Virus record (IMG/VR): IMGVR_UViG_3300025770_000870
Location: 124,001-188,000 of that record
DNA: 64,000 nucleotides
Direction: 5' to 3' (one strand)
The position numbers were made by a program, and so were the translations under genes. Under the pieces are notes generated by a model. That model saw nothing but the letters and a program-made list of their open reading frames with translations, was not told the DNA's origin and ran no database searches. Below, piece after piece: positions 46,901 to 54,701 of this stretch (positions within the stretch are counted from its first letter, which is position 1; the number at the start of each line of letters is the position of its first letter).

Positions 46901-47905
46901 CACCACTGATTCTGCGATTGTTTCCTTATATGATAAGAATTCAATATCAGTTTCGTTAACACCAACTAATGTATTACCTAATAAATCAAGTAATCCTGTA
47001 TAATAATCTTGTTCAACTAAATCATTGTTAAATGAACAAAATAGCCCAGTTGAATCTGTATCTCTGTTTATTGATGTTTCAATAAATATATTTCTTCCGT
47101 TTAAGTCTCTGAAATAAGGTATTAAAGATAAACCTTCGTAATAAGAAAGTAAAGTGACATTTCTATCATTAGCAAAATTACTAACTTGGTCTTTTACTAA
47201 ACCAGAAGCGTTGAAATATTCACTCCATCTTGGATCAACTGCTAATTCTTGATAGTTTGACCAGTCTCCAGCAATAACAACAACATCAATTAAGTAATCT
47301 GATGCAAAATCATTAGCATTTACATAAGTTGGCATTTTCTCAACAGAACCATACCATTCTAGTAATGTTCTATCAAAACCATTTAGTTGAGATTTGAACA
47401 CAAAAGTAGTTATAGGCTTATCCGATAAATTAGTAAGATTAAATGCTCTTTCAGTATATCCTGTGTTATTTTTTGTTAAGTTGATAAATGATTCGGTATC
47501 TCTTTTCCAGAAACCTGTTGTATCAAACATTCTTCTATAAGGTCCTTCTCTCTTTATATCATTCTTGTATTCAGCAGAAGCAGATAGTGATTTATATTCA
47601 ATCACATCTAAGTTATCATCTGTTAATAACAAGTTCATAGCATATATAGGAGCAGTCTCTAACATTTTAGCAATCGTTCTGTGGAAGAAAGAACCTTTTC
47701 TTTCTAAATTACGATCTAATTGTCCAAAGATAGCTTCTAAATCTGTTATATTAGTTAGTCTAATCGGTGTGTTAACAGGTCCTTTTCTGGATACACCCAT
47801 CACAAGATTGGTAATCCCTTCAACAGTTGGACTGCTGATTACAGACGCGTCAAATTCTTCGATGAAGATTCCTGGTCTTTTGTATTTTCCAATTTGAATT
47901 GCCAT
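43973..47905 (-). CDS. Contractile tail sheath protein (T4 gp18-like), 1310 aa
   Basis: N-terminal KRPGIFIEEFD...GVSRKGPVNTP; C-terminal YLNQAQMNPIV, LSYIHVREVLI, IDTYVEP. Confidence 0.92.
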   Translation of the reverse strand: MAIQIGKYKRPGIFIEEFDASVISSPTVEGITNLVMGVSRKGPVNTPIRLTNITDLEAIFGQLDRNLERKGSFFHRTIAKMLETAPIYAMNLLLTDDNLDVIEYKSLSASAEYKNDIKREGPYRRMFDTTGFWKRDTESFINLTKNNTGYTERAFNLTNLSDKPITTFVFKSQLNGFDRTLLEWYGSVEKMPTYVNANDFASDYLIDVVVIAGDWSNYQELAVDPRWSEYFNASGLVKDQVSNFANDRNVTLLSYYEGLSLIPYFRDLNGRNIFIETSINRDTDSTGLFCSFNNDLVEQDYYTGLLDLLGNTLVGVNETDIEFLSYKETIAESVVMTNTPLDLPGNVTAMLGTYSAYGSQASHAFDGPINGSIGPLSSGILENGNNRTGFFGEGSVYNVTRSTPITGSSASLVIEYVTGTNAFAVIGDTHIPVSGTTSLTISASDYTYTSSTASYTSTFVLDATGEVVLVNSLTPNVNPSVNTSDIILGYIDFTVYQGSIDSVTAISSGVTDVTVGDSGTFDYLDFRLGTDYSITDLGSGSLKIEFLGTNTKSDVKNYEQYRRFKMYNRLVNLIDSPNKNKMTMLLDNSMTKVSLGLMTITDIVTSTLENKSFTLNTGLTTVELVNVITDGLLVFYTEDNEFILGTDEVTTTDLVSTPASGVVAKYSNLYGKYYDGVINTKDFFYDNRLYVDNSASATNVLGTTVDISFIDGENATSATSSYAGYDYIVFDSSVASFSDEIDLQTFEQLLFPTSKVNKGTFTIVGNSVEPGDTPNELAVKLGYGILGGTFYAYQVTEEVETETLFSQSIVYNYSSRRHYLKLYLDNDGVLNVQFMDELLLATEAVDIQANNTFYIQSGKTNFKQTVEVELPTGYIQIPNKILIDGSRYTEIKVGDFLEAYYDPTTLAVGEVPRRLTRILSKRQYVGDASLTEISCDSRIATYVFNGDVQTMRYVSVDQYATTYKAITMKGFKVRQASLPDGTEDKQNQVLNLVAKGTPMFKALINKEALDFRYLIDSFGLGLTERSKQQLVDICGDRLDAFGFLNMPSLRSFKNSSSPSFVNSEGTLQVKYVASGGDPESNPAFLYSFGDGAGTTTVGYFTPYVTVNDNGRPLEFPPASFVATTYMRKHISNITSVTPWTIAAGVTNGKITNTSGIEMDFTQEDIEYLNQAQMNPIVFKRNRGYQIETENTAQTLYKSALSYIHVREVLIELERELSRMLLDYQWKFNTPDVRAEIKLRADVICETYVSKNGLYNFFNKMDEENNTSEIIDNQIGVIDTYVEPIKGMGIIVNNITILRTGAINAGGFQNS

Positions 47906-47965
47906 AGTATTATCTTTAATTTTTTGATTTAGTATATATATAAAAAGTAAAAAATGGTATTTTTT

Positions 47966-48526
47966 CTATTTTTGCTCTTGAGATGAGAGATTTTTTACAT
48001 GATCCCTCATATCTTGCTCCATTTTAACCATTTTTTCTTTGTGGTCTTTTTCTTTTCCTACTAAATCTTGTTGTATTTCACTTATTTTGCTGGATCTTTC
48101 GGACATTCTATTTTTAATATCACTTATTTTGAATTCAACAGCTTTTTTTGTTTCACTATCCTCTGATAAACCAAGAGATTGTTGTAAATCATCTAATTTT
48201 ATTTTATCATTTGAATTATCATCTTGTGATTTATTTATATCCTTTTCTAACTTAGCTAAGTGTGCATATTCTACTAGAAAGGGATTTCTATCCTTTCCGC
48301 TCTGAACATCTGTCTCACCTAGTATCTTTTCTAGCTCTGGTTTGATATCAGCGCCTTCTTTAGAATATAATGCATCGATTTGTGATTTCTTAGTCTTATA
48401 GTCTTTCATATTAGACATAATAGTATTCATCTTCTCTTTAGACATAACAACGTCTGGAGTATCAGTATCTCCTATCTCAAATTCATCAGCTTCTAGAAAT
48501 AATTTATACTTTTTTAGATATTTCAT
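47966..48526 (-). CDS. Coiled-coil protein with CTS-like N-terminus
   Basis: MKYLKKYKLFLE; heptad-rich; 4-nt overlap with the upstream gene. Confidence 0.75.
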   Translation of the reverse strand: MKYLKKYKLFLEADEFEIGDTDTPDVVMSKEKMNTIMSNMKDYKTKKSQIDALYSKEGADIKPELEKILGETDVQSGKDRNPFLVEYAHLAKLEKDINKSQDDNSNDKIKLDDLQQSLGLSEDSETKKAVEFKISDIKNRMSERSSKISEIQQDLVGKEKDHKEKMVKMEQDMRDHVKNLSSQEQK

Positions 48527-51369
48527 TTTTCTAAATAACCTTTTGCTTTATCAACTGATATATCACCATAAGCATTTTGTGTTGCTGATGTTGGTAGTAA
48601 GTATTGTTCACCGGAACCTTCACCTTCTTTTACATAAAATGTGTATAAATCTTCTATCTTGCCTAAGTCAACTTCTTCTGTTTTCAGTTCTGAGGAACGT
48701 TCTTTAAGAGTAGTTAAATTAATAGATTTCAATTTTAAATTGATACCTTCTTTTAAGAGACCACCTTTAGCATCGAATAATTTATTAGATATTCTAGCAT
48801 AATGTATAGTAGAGTCATTATCATTTAATGATGATGATAAGTCACCTTTCATACCCTTAACATTTTCACCTTTAATATATTTACTGATGTATCCAAATGT
48901 TTTTGAATATTTCAAATAAGTAAAATCACTATCACCTGCTATTACTATCATAAAATATGAATTATTTAGGTTAAAAATACAACCAGGTTTATCATTTACC
49001 TCTTTAGACTTTTTGAACTCAGCTATTATATTACCTTTTGTTTCATCAGCAACTTCAGCATTTCCTTCAACCTCTTTTCCACCCGTATAATCTAATTTAT
49101 TTGAATCAACATCAACTTTGAAGTATTTGCTGATAAATTTATGTTGTGCGCCACCACCTTTTCCACCCGAGGACCTGTATAAAGTATCTCCGTCTAACAT
49201 ATCGTTCATAAATTTGAGTAGTACTTTACCACCACCTTCTACTCTACCACTTTTCTTACCTTTATCACTAATTGATGTTGGTGAAACATTTACCCTATCA
49301 TCTGCTTTACCAACTTGTATAATAGTCGATTCATCGAATAAAACTGTATATTTTGAATCCTTTATTATATCAAGAACAGCATCTTCCCATTTGGTGAATA
49401 TTCTTATGTTTCTATAAGGGCCCATTCCAACTTTAAATCCACTTGATTCAGTATTAACCTCAGGAGATCCACTACCTATATACTCATACTCTCTGAATTT
49501 TTTATTAGATACTTTACCACCACTTCTACCCGTTGGTATTGTCTGTGATGTGTGTAATTTATAAGCTCTGTTAAATATCTTAACAATTTCTAGTATAGGA
49601 TCAATACCGTTTATTTTATATGTAGTACCCTCTTTCTCCATTTTTACCAACCTCTGTTCCAGATTTTTAGCATCTTGTTCGGTAACAGACCATTTTCTCA
49701 AATATTCTTCACTGAAAAATTTATTCCATGGTATGGATAAATCATATCTATTCTCTTTTTCGATAGATTGATCCTCTTTTGAAACATCTCCAGATGGTTT
49801 ATCTTTTGTTGTATCATCAACCACATCTTCACCTTCCGCTTCAAATATTTTTCTGAAACTTTTATATCTTAATAACTTACCTTCGTTTTTCTCTACCTTA
49901 TCCTCTGGTTTTTCATTTTCTGTAACCTCTGGCTCCTGTTCTAAAATAGCACTCATTGTTTCATTAAATGATTTTATTGAATTTTTCAATGCACCATCTA
50001 TATCTTTCCCCCATTCATCAATTTCGGTTAAATCTCCTGATTTTGAAACACTATATAAATTTTTAATATGATTACCAAGTGCCTCACTACCGGATAATAA
50101 ACTATCTAAATTTTCTGATACTGATGTTTTCTTAATATGATCATATAGGTTTTTAACAGAAGCATATTTTTGCATCATTTCCGCGTTACCAGCTGATAAT
50201 TTATTTTTATTGTCATCAGACATTTTATCATAACTTGATATCAATCCTTGTAATTCTACTAGATTATTAGGATCTTCATTCATAAAATTAAATAATGCCT
50301 TTGTAGCATTTAGAATAGGTATATTATCTTGCTTTTTATCATCAGTTCCCTCATTTAGTGAGAATTTTCTAAAACTATCGTTCATAGACTCGGCATATAA
50401 TTCGGTATCTGGTACTTTATTCCATGTTTCAGCTTTAGCAACAGATTTTAGAAAACTTTCTCCTTCTTTGGATTTTTTGAAATCCTCCATAGTACCAGAA
50501 TTTCCTTTTTCTGACCAAATTTTGTAAGCAACTTCCTGTTTAAATTTCTTTCTAGTATGTTCTCCTGGTTTAAGATTAGCTCCCTTACCAAGAGCTTTTT
50601 GACTTTTTAGCAACTCAGCTAGTTTTTTCTGATAAAGATCTTCACCTTTAACTCCCCATTCAAAATGAACCTGTTCGGGTTCTTCAACTTCTTTTGGAGC
50701 TGGTAATGACCTTACTGATTTAATCTTCTTAAAAGACTCTAATATACTAGATATGGATTTTATATTTGCCATATAAAGTTGATAAGGTATTTTTTCACCA
50801 TCAGTTTCCTCACCATCAGTTTCCTCATCATCAGTTTCCTCATCATCAGTTTCCTCATCATCAGTTTCCTCCATTTCTTTAAGTTCTGCTAAAAATTCAG
50901 TTAACTTTTCTAAAACTTCTTGTCTATCACCTTCACTTTCATCAGAGTATAATACCACTTCTGTTATTGCATAAATAGTTTCAGTTGTAACTCTTATTAT
51001 TTCATCTAAATGATTTTTACCTTCCGCTTCAGGTTCTTTTATTGCTTTTATTAATTTCCCTATTAAAATAGAAATAGACAACATATCAATTTCTTTATTT
51101 GTTGCTTCATCAATCTCAGCTCCGTTTAATTTAGCAGTATCTACTAAATAATCAAATTGTGTTTTTAGTCTTTTAATAACAGAGTCTATTCTAACTAAAT
51201 CTATTCCTATTTGAGCCTTTCTAGCAAATGAGTGTAACATTCTTCCTAATAATGAGTCTCCCCATGCTATATCATTGGCGAATGGTCCTGCTCCTGAAAC
51301 AACAGCTTCGTTAACGACTTTATATTTTGCTGACTTTAAGTATTCAGTTCTACTTGATAGATACTTCAT
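48523..51369 (-). CDS. Large putative internal virion protein
   Basis: 948 aa; MKYLSSRTEYL start; internal SFRKFSLNE and LLRYKSFRKIFE segments; acidic repeats. Confidence 0.7.
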   Translation of the reverse strand: MKYLSSRTEYLKSAKYKVVNEAVVSGAGPFANDIAWGDSLLGRMLHSFARKAQIGIDLVRIDSVIKRLKTQFDYLVDTAKLNGAEIDEATNKEIDMLSISILIGKLIKAIKEPEAEGKNHLDEIIRVTTETIYAITEVVLYSDESEGDRQEVLEKLTEFLAELKEMEETDDEETDDEETDDEETDGEETDGEKIPYQLYMANIKSISSILESFKKIKSVRSLPAPKEVEEPEQVHFEWGVKGEDLYQKKLAELLKSQKALGKGANLKPGEHTRKKFKQEVAYKIWSEKGNSGTMEDFKKSKEGESFLKSVAKAETWNKVPDTELYAESMNDSFRKFSLNEGTDDKKQDNIPILNATKALFNFMNEDPNNLVELQGLISSYDKMSDDNKNKLSAGNAEMMQKYASVKNLYDHIKKTSVSENLDSLLSGSEALGNHIKNLYSVSKSGDLTEIDEWGKDIDGALKNSIKSFNETMSAILEQEPEVTENEKPEDKVEKNEGKLLRYKSFRKIFEAEGEDVVDDTTKDKPSGDVSKEDQSIEKENRYDLSIPWNKFFSEEYLRKWSVTEQDAKNLEQRLVKMEKEGTTYKINGIDPILEIVKIFNRAYKLHTSQTIPTGRSGGKVSNKKFREYEYIGSGSPEVNTESSGFKVGMGPYRNIRIFTKWEDAVLDIIKDSKYTVLFDESTIIQVGKADDRVNVSPTSISDKGKKSGRVEGGGKVLLKFMNDMLDGDTLYRSSGGKGGGAQHKFISKYFKVDVDSNKLDYTGGKEVEGNAEVADETKGNIIAEFKKSKEVNDKPGCIFNLNNSYFMIVIAGDSDFTYLKYSKTFGYISKYIKGENVKGMKGDLSSSLNDNDSTIHYARISNKLFDAKGGLLKEGINLKLKSINLTTLKERSSELKTEEVDLGKIEDLYTFYVKEGEGSGEQYLLPTSATQNAYGDISVDKAKGYLEK
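50795..50872 (-). repeat. 15-nt coding tandem repeat x5 (ETDDE/ETDGE)
   Basis: catcagtttcctca(t/c) units. Confidence 0.85.
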
Positions 51370-51587
51370 AAAAGAGTATTATTTTTTATTATATATTATT
51401 TCTACATACTCTATTTTTATTTTTATTGATATTTATCTATAAAAATTAGGTTTATCAATATATAATTACTATATTGTGTATAGAAACAATAATAATGAAT
51501 TAATAATAAAGAAAAGTAATAAAAAATTAGGTTACTTGGTATATTATCCTTATATTGTATTATAATCATTAAATAAAACAAACCACT

Positions 51588-51941
51588 ATGAAAAACAACA
51601 TAATTTGCATCGACCTTACTAAATTCAACAACGAGAAACTTAAAGAAGTTTCTAATGAATTAAACTTATCTTATGATATTGTTTTAAACAATAAGAAAAA
51701 GGGATTCGCTAAAATTTACTTAAAAGGTATTGAAGTTATAGCATTCACAACTAAGAAAGATAAAGGAAACATAATCTTTATGGAATCTTTCAAACTTGGA
51801 TTATTATTTATGGATTCTTTCGAATTAACTGATGAGCCAATTCAGTTCGAATTAGATTCAGTTTTAGAAAAAATCACAAAGTATGGAATTGATTCTTTGA
51901 GTAAAAAAGAGAAATATTACCTTGATAACCTTTCAAAATAA
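51588..51941 (+). CDS. Hypothetical protein with C-terminal DUF6576-like motif
   Basis: LDSVLEKITKYGIDSLSKKEKYYL. Confidence 0.7.
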   Translation: MKNNIICIDLTKFNNEKLKEVSNELNLSYDIVLNNKKKGFAKIYLKGIEVIAFTTKKDKGNIIFMESFKLGLLFMDSFELTDEPIQFELDSVLEKITKYGIDSLSKKEKYYLDNLSK

Positions 51942-51970
51942 GGAAAAAAACAGGAAATAGTTAATATATT

Positions 51971-51998
51971 AAAAAACCGGGATATTTCCCGGTTTTTT
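51971..51998 (+). terminator. Intrinsic terminator
   Basis: AAAAAACCGGGA-tatt-TCCCGGTTTTTT. Confidence 0.85.
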
Positions 51999-52110
51999 AA
52001 TTTTAAATAATTTTTTTTATTTACATAGTCGATTTTATTAAAAAAAAGAGGGCGGTATAATTTTCTATAAAAAATGTCGAATATATAAAGATGTAAATAA
52101 TTATTAAATT

Positions 52111-52410
52111 ATGAATTTTCAAGAACTAAAGTATAACGGTAAGACTTATACAGAATACAATCAAATCATTAAAATTATTAAAGAAGAAGGATTCTATTGG
52201 TTAATAGACTCCGAGACTGATGGTGCTATTTTAGAAATAGAGAATAACACTCTTATATGGCACGAAGGTATTTATATGGTTGGTGATTGGGAATATGGTA
52301 TATTCAAAAATGGAGGTTTCTACGGCAATTGGAAAAATGGTATCTGGGAGGATGGATATTTTAAGGGCAATTGGGAAAGTGGAATAAATTTATCAAAAAA
52401 TAATGTTTAG
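52111..52410 (+). CDS. Small protein with W/F-x-x-G beta-repeats
   Basis: WHEG, WEYG, FKNG, WKNG, WEDG, WESG. Confidence 0.7.
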   Translation: MNFQELKYNGKTYTEYNQIIKIIKEEGFYWLIDSETDGAILEIENNTLIWHEGIYMVGDWEYGIFKNGGFYGNWKNGIWEDGYFKGNWESGINLSKNNV

Positions 52411-52867
52411 TATTATGAGAAGAAAAAAAGATTTACTTAAAGAATTATCAGAAATGACTTATGTTAATGATAAAGTTGTGATTAATAAAGATAGTGGTGG
52501 GTGGTTTTTTGAAATTGGTAAAGAAGTAACAACTGATGTCGCTGAAGCGGCGGTTATTCTTATGAGAGATTTTGGTTATAATCACCCAGTTTGGGAAACC
52601 GATATTATTGATGTTGAAATTGAGGAGCTAACACCTGAGAAAAGTTTGTTTTGGTTAACAGGTGGTTATAAGGAGTGGAGAAGTTTAGAACATTATAATA
52701 GACCTTGGTGTGATTGTTATTTAGACTTTCAGGAAGAATTTGGATTTTTGATTATAAATATTGTTAAAAAGGCTAATACGATGGGAGATATTAGAGATGG
52801 TTTTATTAGATATTTGAATTTGCCTGTCTTGTATGACTTTGCTATTGGTAAAGATTTTGTGAAATAA
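52403..52867 (+). CDS. Hypothetical protein
   Basis: 154 aa ORF overlapping the upstream gene. Confidence 0.7.
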   Translation: MFSIMRRKKDLLKELSEMTYVNDKVVINKDSGGWFFEIGKEVTTDVAEAAVILMRDFGYNHPVWETDIIDVEIEELTPEKSLFWLTGGYKEWRSLEHYNRPWCDCYLDFQEEFGFLIINIVKKANTMGDIRDGFIRYLNLPVLYDFAIGKDFVK

Positions 52868-52870
52868 TAT

Positions 52871-52900
52871 AAAAACCCATCAATTTGATGGGTTTTCTTT
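52871..52900 (+). terminator. Intrinsic terminator
   Basis: AAAAACCCATCA-att-TGATGGGTTTTCTTT. Confidence 0.8.
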
Positions 52901-52915
52901 TTTTATATATACAAT

Positions 52916-53152
52916 ATGGAATATAAAAGTGTATGTAGAAACCCTTGGTGTAAAGCACATTTTATCTATAACGATATTGATATACAAGATATTGATGGTA
53001 AGAAATTATCACCAAGTCAGTGTAAAAAGTGTGAAAGTTTTGATAGTGAATTGAGTGGTGGTGTTACTTGGACGGATAAAGAATATGAAGGGCCTCGGGA
53101 TGATGGAAAACCTCATGAGATGAGCTATAAAGTAACAAATTTTAAATTATAA
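52916..53152 (+). CDS. Small Zn-binding protein
   Basis: CRNPWC...CKKC. Confidence 0.7.
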   Translation: MEYKSVCRNPWCKAHFIYNDIDIQDIDGKKLSPSQCKKCESFDSELSGGVTWTDKEYEGPRDDGKPHEMSYKVTNFKL

Positions 53153-53153
53153 T

Positions 53154-54005
53154 ATGGGTGCTCATTTTTTCGATATAGATGTATTAGTTGATGTTAATAG
53201 TAAGGTTTGGGTTATATCTAAGATAAAACCAGATATTCCTGTTATTAAAATTTCAAAACATGAATTTAAACTCATAAAAAGGGGCATTTATAAGAAATAT
53301 AAACAAAACCTTAATATAGGAGGAAAATCATATTGGTTACCAGAAGATTTAATGAATAACCTAAAGGTTAGGTGTAAAAATTTAAAATGTGATATAACAG
53401 ATTTATCATTTTCGATGCAAGAATTTATGAACCCGTTAGTTATAGATCACTTAGAATTTAAGGTACTGGTTGAACACTTTCAACAATTGAAAAATACTAA
53501 GGATGATATTTATATTATTTGTTCAAAGAACACAGAAAAGAATTATAAAAAAGTAGTTGATACGTTAATAGAAAAAATGGCTGATTTTGGTTTGGTTATT
53601 AAGGATTTCTATTATTTATCAGAAACATTCTATAATAGAGATAAAGATAATATATCACATACTAAAGTTAAGTTACTATTACAACACTTGATTGGTTATA
53701 GAAGCGAGAGTGATAAATTTATCGATGAGGAAATAACACAATATGATAGAGTTTATTTTTATGATGATGACTCTAGTGTGATTTCATTGGCTAATGATTG
53801 TAACAAAACATTCGATTTCATTGTTTCAAACACAGAAGATTCAATAAAATCTAACATAAAAGATGTTGTTAAAGAGGATGATAAAATAATTATTGTTAAT
53901 AAAGTAACAAATAATAAAGTAAATCCTTTTATAACCAAGGAGGTTTTAATAGAATGGAGTAATATAAAGAAAACTTTCGAGAGTTTTATCTACAAAAGAG
54001 ATTAA
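53154..54005 (+). CDS. HAD-fold-like hypothetical protein
   Basis: N-terminal FFDID, ICSKN and VYFYDDD resemble HAD motifs I, II and IV. Confidence 0.5.
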   Translation: MGAHFFDIDVLVDVNSKVWVISKIKPDIPVIKISKHEFKLIKRGIYKKYKQNLNIGGKSYWLPEDLMNNLKVRCKNLKCDITDLSFSMQEFMNPLVIDHLEFKVLVEHFQQLKNTKDDIYIICSKNTEKNYKKVVDTLIEKMADFGLVIKDFYYLSETFYNRDKDNISHTKVKLLLQHLIGYRSESDKFIDEEITQYDRVYFYDDDSSVISLANDCNKTFDFIVSNTEDSIKSNIKDVVKEDDKIIIVNKVTNNKVNPFITKEVLIEWSNIKKTFESFIYKRD

Positions 54006-54656
54006 TTATTTCTTTTTCTTATCTTCTTCTTTACCGGTCATCGCCCTTTTAATTAAATCATTCAATTTTCTATTATCCATTACTTCACCACCTTCATCCT
54101 TTACTCCTTCATCGGCAGCGTGAGCGACTTGTGATTTAAGAACATCTGGACTTTCAATATCATTCAAGCCTAAATCGCTTCTTAGTGTTTTGTAGAATTT
54201 TTCAAGATCTGTTCTTTGTGTTGATAGAAATTTAGAATTTTCTCTTATCTGACCAATTGTTTGATTGACAACTTCGTGCATTCTAGCTGAGTTATCACCG
54301 TTATCTACCTGCCTTAGTTGATTTAAGAAGTTTTTACGAGTCATTTTAGAAAGAAATATAGCCTCGGCATAAACTAAAGCATCTTCCCTCATTTTTGTTT
54401 TTATGTATGAGTGTTCTTTTAATTGTGGTACATCACTTAGATATAAATCTACAAGTGACTCTAAGACTTCCATTGATTGTTGTGATGAAACACTTAAATC
54501 TGAATCGTAATCATATATCTCTATTTCTCCTAGATCTGGTAAGTCCTCGGGTTTAGCTAAGTGGTCAGATATATCAAAATTGAAATCATTACTTTCTGAC
54601 TGAATTTGGTCAAATTCATCTTGTAATCTATTTCTTTCATTCTCACTTTTAGACAT
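54006..54656 (-). CDS. Helical hypothetical protein divergent from terL
   Basis: 216 aa, coiled-coil-rich; a small-terminase role is speculation from position only. Confidence 0.6.
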   Translation of the reverse strand: MSKSENERNRLQDEFDQIQSESNDFNFDISDHLAKPEDLPDLGEIEIYDYDSDLSVSSQQSMEVLESLVDLYLSDVPQLKEHSYIKTKMREDALVYAEAIFLSKMTRKNFLNQLRQVDNGDNSARMHEVVNQTIGQIRENSKFLSTQRTDLEKFYKTLRSDLGLNDIESPDVLKSQVAHAADEGVKDEGGEVMDNRKLNDLIKRAMTGKEEDKKKK

Positions 54657-54701
54657 AGAGGTGGTTTTTTACAATATATATAAAAAAAATATGCTTTCTT
54701 T

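Noticed and set aside
54006-54656. Small terminase assignment
   Set aside because: It rests on position only; the gene is divergent from terL and has no recognisable gp16 motif.
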